NCBI GenBank assembly: GCA_964016885.1
Contig: OZ024740.1
Location: 194,494,001-194,558,000 of the forward strand
Source: Eledone cirrhosa
Lineage: Eukaryota
Direction: 5' to 3'
Length of the DNA: 64,000 bases
The notes below the pieces were generated by a model that ran no database searches, was not told the origin of the DNA, and worked only from the letters and a program-made list of their open reading frames with translations. Shown here piece after piece: positions 55,791 to 64,000 of this stretch (position 1 is the first letter of the stretch; every line of letters begins with the position of its first letter). A program made the position numbers and the translations under genes.

Positions 55791-57414
55791 GTAAGACATT
55801 TTAATCAAAACTTCAGACAGTCAAGGTTGGTCTAATTTGCTGATCTCTATTTAACAATCTTATCAAACGATAAATCATCCATGAACTTATTTCGTCATAT
55901 GTAAATTACAAATGTTCACAAATATTTCCAAAGTATACACACTAGCTCCAGCGATGGAGTCGCTATTTGTTTGATTGATTTACACTTTACCTTCTTAACT
56001 AAAGGATTTATGAAGCCCCTGATATAAAACAGATGGGTAGATCACTGCAGAAATAGAATATAGCGCCTATTGAATCAAATTGCAGTTGATTCACTGATTA
56101 TATCTCCAGGTAAATAACCTACATTAGAGCGCCATCTGTTCAAGCCATAATATTCTGCATTAAGAAAATAAATCATGCCAAACAAACCACGCAAACTGAA
56201 CATTGATAAAACTCTACATGGCAGAACTCCCTGGAGGGAATTTATATTTATTTTTGTTTAAATAAACTATTATCTCTCTCTGGGAATAATGTTTCTCACC
56301 AATACCGATTCATCGTTTTCAATATTTTATGCTTGTTTTTTGTTCTTCCACAGACTGTTTTCACTTTGCTTCATCCGAGTAAATATTTTAATTGCAAATC
56401 TATAACACCCTCAGGGACGTGTGCTAATTAATACGTGTTTAATTCTTCTCATTTTAAAATCTAATTTCGCCATATACTCTCAAAGGTTTTATAATTCTTA
56501 TTATAATGACACATGGATAAAATGACGTCATCCATTCTGATATCAATACATCATTTTTTTTTCTAATTTATGAATTTAATCCATAATTTATTTTTCAAAT
56601 ATACATAGTGAAAACCAAAACAATAAAAACAATAAAGAAACTTCACACCAGCATCGTAACTAATTCTAGAAATAGTTGAAGCCCAAACCTACTAGACATT
56701 CATAATCAATCAGCTACTTAATCTATTATAATATATGAGGACCGAATGTAATCGCACGGTTTACATGATATAGAAGTTAAAACTCTCTCTCAAATCCCAC
56801 CTTACCGTCTTAAGGACGGAAGGACACTTTTGATATGACCATAAGCACATTCGTCACGGGTAGAGTTAAATTAAGGTTCAACAACAATAATATTTTTATT
56901 AACTAGACCCACTCTCATGCGATAAGATCTTTATGAATCTTCTATAGAAGTAGCTCCCCTTAAATCAATGGCAATTTTGAATCTGGTATCTTACGTGAGA
57001 AATGAAATATATAAGTACAAGACAAAGTTATTCGATTAAATCAGTTGAATGTGATGGCCCGCTATGGCCGCTGTCCAATAACTGAAAGACAAATAAACTT
57101 CTGTTATATAGATCAACCAGCCGAAGGTATGCAAAGCGTATTCTACCAATAGTGCAGTTTCCCAGCTAATTCTCAGTTCATGCAAGGTGTAAATAGATAC
57201 CATTCTACAATTAAGTGTTCCTACTAATTGAAGCATTATATCATTAACGAGTATCGCGTGATCATTCAACGCTAAGTTCATATACTTTCATAATGTTTAG
57301 TGAAAGATGGGTTCAATCAGGCGACATTTTTATAGAAAAAATTTGCTATTGATCCCCATACGACTCAACGGGTGAAGTAACTAATTTGTATTTATGCAAT
57401 CTATGTGTGCTGGG

Positions 57415-57690
57415 GGTGGGTACCTAGTGATGGGTGTGTTGAACTTACGATCATAATGTCATGGGTCGATTGCTGGACTGGGTTGTGTGTTATATTCTTG
57501 AGCAAAACACTTCACTTCACGTAGTTCCAGTATATTCAGCTGAAGATTAGTACCAGCAATAGCTGGAGGTTCAGCCCTGCGATGGATTGGCGTTCTTCTC
57601 TGGGGCAAATATTGTATTTTCAGTTGCTTCACGCCACGAAAACCGGGATAAGCACCGGTCAGACGAGCCTCCACGATCGAGACAGACTTT
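57415..57690 (+). mobile_element. tRNA-derived SINE (family S2)
   Basis: gggtcgattgctggactgg...ttcttgagcaaaacacttcacttcacg...gaaaaccgggataagcaccgg. Confidence 0.75.
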
Positions 57691-59469
57691 TAGACAATCC
57701 ATGTGTCACTTCCAGAATGAAATATTTTCTAGAATGACGGGGAAATATTTGAGGTCAACTAGAAACATTTGTAGGATTAAGCAAAAGACATTACAAAACC
57801 AATGCAAGTGGAAACTAATAAAAGACGCAAGCTCACGCAATCCAGTTTAGCCAGTATTATTTAATTCTGTCTTTTATTGTAATGAAACAATACATACATT
57901 TATTCAATTATAAGAATTCTTATATAAGATTGCTTATATTCATTCATCTTACTCTGGATACTCTCACAGTTTGACTATTTCGTTTCTGACACCCGGTAAA
58001 ATGCTGTAAGAATTGCACACTCTACGTCTGCGTCTCAGGTTTTGTTCAGTATAGTTGACTTAACAATGTCTAGTACTCAATTCTGAAGTAGTTAATTTTG
58101 TAGAATGCACATGAGTTACATCTGGCTGATGCCTTTTTGTGACGCTGTGAGAAAACCTCTAAATATTCGTATTATTTCTAATTCCAAGAGAGCTTCTTCT
58201 CAGTTGTTAAACATGCTAGAAATAGCAGAGAAATATCTCTCATATAACAACTTACCTTGTAAAATAATTAAAAACACGTTAGAAACTCTAGTTCTAGATA
58301 TTCTTTGCCTGAAAAAAGGAAGAGATTGCCCCATCTACAAACCCTTGGTCATTGGTCTGATTGTCGGCGCTGGATTGTTAATCTTATCTCTTTTATTTTT
58401 ATGTTGTTTGTTTTTCATAAAGCAGTGTCCAATGGGGAGATGAGTGTCCATAATATTTTTCATATCAAGTGAGATTAGGGTAAAAGGGGAAAATTATCCT
58501 CCAACCGGAGACCTGGCCTGAATAATTTCAACATGCTGGTCTTCACAAAAGATACCCAAGAAATAAGTTACGGTGCTAAATCAATTGACTGATTAAGTAT
58601 TCCCTTCAAGAGAAGACAAGACCCTCTCCGACGGGGTTCCACTACAACTGATTTAAATAAGCTCATGGGAAAGAGCACTACAAGAAATAGCAACGAAATA
58701 TCATTCAAATATCACCCGTCGTATAAATGAAGGACACATTACATGATGTTGACATCGATACAGTATTCCAAGCTGATGAAGTGGTCATGGTTGAAACGTC
58801 TTATCATTGCACTGCTCAATCAGAGCGAAATATAGATTGAACAACAACCATCATTACCTATTAAATAGACACCCAGAGTGATAATAAGCGCCGAGGCTCT
58901 TCATAATTTAAACTTAAAACACATTCTATCCGACATTAGTTACAAGAATTCGAGACCTCTACCAATAATGGCTCCCGAAGATAAAAGCAAAAATAAAAAG
59001 GACAAGGGTTAAGTTTGTCGTAAAGATAATAAATATGTAACATTTTAGACAGTACACTTCATCGAAAAATTGAGAAATCTTCCCTTAGTTTCCATAAGTA
59101 TATACAACTTAACTTTCTAAGAAGCTGAAATATCGACTAAATAAATCAGAAATGAGCTAGCCTACAGATCTCCTCTCAACTAATCGTATCTATTCTAAAT
59201 GATAAAATTCAATGTCTGTAAACCAGTTAATAACGTAAATATTATGATAAACTCCAGACTACTAAAACACTTTGTATTTATTACGACATAAACAAAATAA
59301 AAAACACAATTGTCGGAAACAATGGAAGGTAATTCAAATACATCAATTATTTCCGACAGTAACATGAATATTTTATTCAAATAAGTTATGAACAAAATAC
59401 AATTCCAGAATATTTATTTATCTCAACTACTCGTTCAATAACTACAATTAATTGATCTATCAATATATG

Positions 59470-59916
59470 AACTAGACCTGAAAAATGCGCAAGCTCAAAA
59501 GAGCCACAGAATGTTATAATAAACCTTCAAAAGTGTGGGACTAGAGTTGTTGCTAAAAAATATTGTAATCATTATCTATCGTACACTCTGTGGCATCCTT
59601 TCATAAAAAAGAGACACCTAACGAACTCAAGACGACACGATAATTATTTAAGCTAATGTTCAATATCTCCTATTAGATGTTTAGTAATGATTAATACGAA
59701 ATGCACTTAAACCGAATTCTATATTATAAATTCACTTAAATAACTATCGTGACGTCTTGAGTTCGTTATGAGTCTCTCTTTTATAAAAGGATGCCACAGA
59801 GTGACGATAGATAATGATTACAATATTTTTGAGCAACAACTCTAGTCCCACACTTTTGAAGGTTTATTATAACATTATGTGGCTCTTTTGAGCTTGCGCA
59901 TTTTTCAGGTGTAGTT
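59470..59916. mobile_element. Foldback MITE with ~185-bp inverted arms
   Basis: acctgaaaaatgcgcaagctcaaaagagccac...gacgacacgataattatttaag versus its reverse complement ending tttttcaggtgtagtt; possible TA TSD. Confidence 0.85.
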
Positions 59917-62399
59917 TAATATTTTTTTAAGGCAACGCTTGTAATAACTCTCGTTAAACATGAGATGAATTAATAATAAATTATCATTGTAATGTAATTA
60001 GATTAAAATAATTGTTATTTTATAAATGATCTTATAAAAATTATTGTAAGATGTATAAAAATATTTTCAGACTTTTAATGTAAACAACTACAAAAGACAA
60101 TCAATATTAAATAAATATATTTTACATAATAATTGTTATAGTTGAATTAATAATAATCAAATATTACATACAAATAGTCTAACATAATAATAAAATAATA
60201 ATCTAACATAATAATAATAATAAAATAATCTAACATAAAACGAACAATAATATGGACAAATATACAAGTAAATATGATACAACCAAGCATGTTATAACGA
60301 ACTGAAAAAAAAATAGTTAATATAAATGTAAAAAATCATATATAAATTAACAATAGAACATATCAAAACGAGTAAAATATTTTGATGATAAACGACGAAA
60401 TACAGGAGGAAGATTCGAAAGCGAAACGATAAATAAACGTGCAAACAAAATGGCGGATGCTTTTGAGCAACAATTACTCTCGTTAGTTGATTAGCCAATA
60501 AGACGATGAAATTAGCCAATAAGACGATACATTACAAAACATGTTGGGCAGCGATCACCACGGCCAGCGACACCCCTTGAATTTTTTATTCACATGCTAC
60601 GCATATATGTCAGTCATCATCCGCAGACTTAAAACATTCTGTTGTTATTCACTGCGTGTAAACAGATAAGACAAATATTCATCCTTTGTGTGCTAACTCT
60701 ATCTGCTAGATATAACAGTCAAAGCTTCCTAAAATCACACCCTGCTGTCTTAAAAAGGAAAGACACGGAATTATGTAAATTGTACAAAAATATATAAGAA
60801 ATTATCCTACTTTTGAAAAGAGCCGTTTTGGGACTAAATAACAACAAACCTCCAGTTGGCGACGGTAGTTGACGGTAGTTGGCGATGAATAAATCTGATA
60901 TTCAGATTTTTCCCAAAAGCATTAACAGTGTAAGTAAAATGTCTATGATCAGAAATCGATCCAATATCGCAGCATAACTTCAGTAGAGCTTTACCACCGA
61001 AGCAGCAACGTTCAGCACTTTACAATTCAAATTGTAAGTCTTCCTGTAGTATAGGCTTTACGGATGTTTTAGTCGAGTAAACAGAGTTTAGAATATATAC
61101 TGCTGAAGCTAGTTGTTAATAAATAGCAACTATATTGTTAATGTAGTAAAATATTATGTTAAAATGTATAATTTATATTTTAATAGAAATTTTTATCTGC
61201 AACTGATCGACGTTCTTCGGGTGCTTGTCAAAAATTAAATGGGTCGCAAAACTCATTTCCAATATTTATATATCATATTCCAGGACTTCATAACGAATCT
61301 CGTGGTCCATATCTTTCCTGATTCGTAAACGGCGTGCAAATTTTTCCCGACCAAGTAATTGGTGAGAAATTTGAAAACATCAAAATATTAAATATATATT
61401 AAAAGTAACTATTTAAAGAGGCAGACAAGGGAAGTCCTTTGTATATACATTTACATATGCAATTTTAAAGAGACTATGACATATTTCAAACAGGGAAGAT
61501 TTGTTTCATTGTAGTTAAGTATAATATCTTTAGATTAATTGAAACATATATAGTAGCATTAGCTATGGCGTAGATAACCTACTAAGCCAAGAAATTTGAT
61601 TAATCAAAAATATATGATTACTATAAAGAACCAAAGAATGCCTCAATGGTTAGCTTTGGTCAAGGAAGCACAGGAGATAATAATGTAAATCAATTGAAAT
61701 TTATTACAAATAGAATGTAGTGGGGAGTGGTTCTGGCTGTACGGTGACTATTCAGGACATGTTCCAGTAGTCGTAGTTTTCATCAGCTAAATATAATCTA
61801 GTCGTTGCAGTCATATCTAATTCTTTGTTTGAAGACGTTTTACACGTGGAGTTTTAAATTATTACCATGCAATTCAAGTCTTGACCTCGTATGTTTCAGT
61901 ATTATCCTATAGGAGTAATTCTAATTAATTCAGTTCCTGGTTTACTCAGTTTCTGGATATGACACCCTCCTAGATATTTTTATTTTCATTTTAACGCCAC
62001 ACAGTGTACATTACAAAAATATTATATACACGCCTCTAGACATCTAAAATCTGAAAGAACGGTTAGACTCTACATCGCCGATGAGTTTCCATGAGACTGA
62101 AACTTGTCCAATGACATCATAATACATCCAAGACTTAGTTTCCCGCAACATTGTATTTTCAATAAATTGTAAATCAGAGTTAGTCATTACAATAAATATT
62201 TGTTCTCCTAATTGTGAATGTAATCTTAAATAATTGAAATTTCAGGACTCATTACATTTATTATATTATCGCCTTTATTGTTTTTGATGCAGCAGTTGTC
62301 CCTGGATATCCATCCATCCAGCCAGTTATTGTTTTGTGAATTATACATATACACAGCCAAGCTCCCGATTGATACGCGTTCGAATAATAGGTTTCTCGA

Positions 62400-62565
62400 A
62401 ATAATTGTTTCTACTTTTGGCCCAAGGCCAGCAATTATCTCAGTGTATTACTGATGCTTTATTTTATCGACCCCGTAAGGATGAAAGGCAAAATTACCTC
62501 GGCGGGATTTGAATAAAGGGCCGTTATTCTATGCTGCAAAGCATGGTGTCCGACTCTCTACCGAT
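62400..62565 (-). mobile_element. tRNA-derived SINE (family S1)
   Basis: Near-identical to the core of 9008-9200. Confidence 0.85.
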
Positions 62566-62639
62566 ACGAAATAATATGGTTGCAAATTGTTACCAAATGT
62601 CGAAAATTATTAGTTGAGACTAGATGCTGAAAATCATAC

Positions 62640-62980
62640 GGTCTAGTTTCAATAAGCACATTGATAATTTCAAACGTCGTGTGGAAATTATTCTGCTGTG
62701 TTCTCAAGCGGTTTCAAATGCCAAATTAAGAAGTTATAGCGACAATTGCTCAACGACGGTTACGATTTACAGGACATTGCTGGAGAAGTAAATAGGAAGA
62801 TGTACACAAATTACTGGGAGACGCAGTAGAGAGAGACTTGCTTGAACTTTCATCGATCAACTCTCAGATGATATAAATACCAGTAGAGAGCTGTCGCCGT
62901 GGGCAATGTAAAATCGTGAAATGTGCAGAGACGTTGTCAGGAATATTCGACTGTAGTCGCAATGGTGAGTTTTATAAATA
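62640..62980 (+). mobile_element. Decayed RTE LINE 3' fragment
   Basis: QRRLRFTGHCWRSK*EDVHKLL...TFIDQLSDD. Confidence 0.7.
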
Positions 62981-63479
62981 TCTCCTGCTGTGTATATTTG
63001 GTTTAGAATAAGTACATTTTATGCCAGCCTCTCGTATTAGGCAAGTAAAATAGTTGTCGCCATTATCGACATCCGGCCGTAAAATATTATCTCAAAAAGT
63101 ATGAAACTTGTCTTGGACCCCGTAATTCCTGTAATTCCTTAGACGCTTGTTGAGGGAGGGGAGGAAAGATATGTAATACGTCTACTATTTCGTATAGTAA
63201 TTGTGTTCTTCAACTCCACTAAAATGTAATACATGATCTAACCGCAGTAACTATGGATAAAAAGAACTAATGAACAAAACCCTAATGAAAATTTGAATCA
63301 AGAGTGTGTAAATGAAGAAGTGGGTTATCAAGACTTGAATGAAAATGAACAAATAAAGTAAATTACCATTAAAGATGATAAAGATGGTTTCTTTCACGAA
63401 AAGTTAAATCAATTGCTGAAGAACATCGACCTTAATAATAATCTTAATAAAGATCCGATTTCGAGGAAATTTGGACATA

Positions 63480-63745
63480 CTATGGCTTAAAGTTAGGAAG
63501 GTTAGTGTAGGATCGTAATGTCGTCAGTTAGATTCCTGGTTAGGCTGATGCGTTGTGTACTTCAGCAAAACACTTTATTTCACGTTGCTACATTACACTC
63601 AGCTGTGAGTGAATACCAGCAGTATCTGGGGGGTTAAACCTGTGGTAAACCTGTGTCTTGTCCTGGGAAAGTTTTGTACCCTCAGTCACTTAACACCAAG
63701 AAAATCAGGGAAAGCACGGGCCTAATGAGCTTCGGCTTAACACAG
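63480..63745 (+). mobile_element. tRNA-derived SINE (family S2), decayed
   Basis: gttagattcctgg...tgtacttcagcaaaacactttatttcacgttgc. Confidence 0.65.
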
Positions 63746-63884
63746 TTATAATTATATCGCTTCTACAGATAGTTAGACGCAAAGAAAAGAAAGAAATGGA
63801 TAATGATTGGTACAATGGTATACAAATAACACGGTATATCAATATATTCGTTAAAATGTATTGTTTAACTCTCCTTTACACACT

Positions 63885-63969
<85 letters not shown>

Positions 63970-64000
63970 AATCAATTATTCATTTTCAATATGCTGAATA

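Noticed and set aside
58105-58443. 112-aa ORF with a hydrophobic C-terminus
   Set aside because: No recognisable domain or convincing exon boundaries; T-rich sequence readily gives hydrophobic runs.
58768-58806. CTGATGA...GAAACGTC hammerhead-like string
   Set aside because: Stems I and II do not pair, and it lies within a different decayed interspersed repeat (58680-58850).
63253-63470. Acidic/Asn-rich broken reading frame, possibly a DNA-transposase N-terminus
   Set aside because: Contains a stop and a frameshift with no diagnostic motif; too weak to call.

Overview
AT-rich animal genomic DNA, intergenic or intronic. The dense (TA)n/(CA)n/(GA)n microsatellites and SINE families resemble an octopus/cephalopod genome (inference). 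I found no host protein-coding gene I can support; most ORFs in the track are microsatellite artefacts. The window holds decayed RTE and Tx1-like LINEs, three mariner derivatives, two non-autonomous Helitrons, MITE-like foldbacks, many SINEs and several Penelope-like elements (PLEs), one with a 506-aa RT ORF plus GIY-YIG remnants. The most notable signal is a set of type I hammerhead ribozymes (HHRs). A non-coding 466-bp HHR-bearing unit forms a near-perfect 1.76-kb tandem-plus-inverted array (6659-8422, four intact HHRs). A diverged relative at 30823-31378 shows compensatory stem changes. Further intact or decayed HHRs mark PLE remnants, most of them next to (TA)n tracts. Together this suggests a retrozyme-like, PLE-mobilised, TA-targeting ribozyme retroelement family. 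All calls are by eye and boundaries of decayed elements are approximate.
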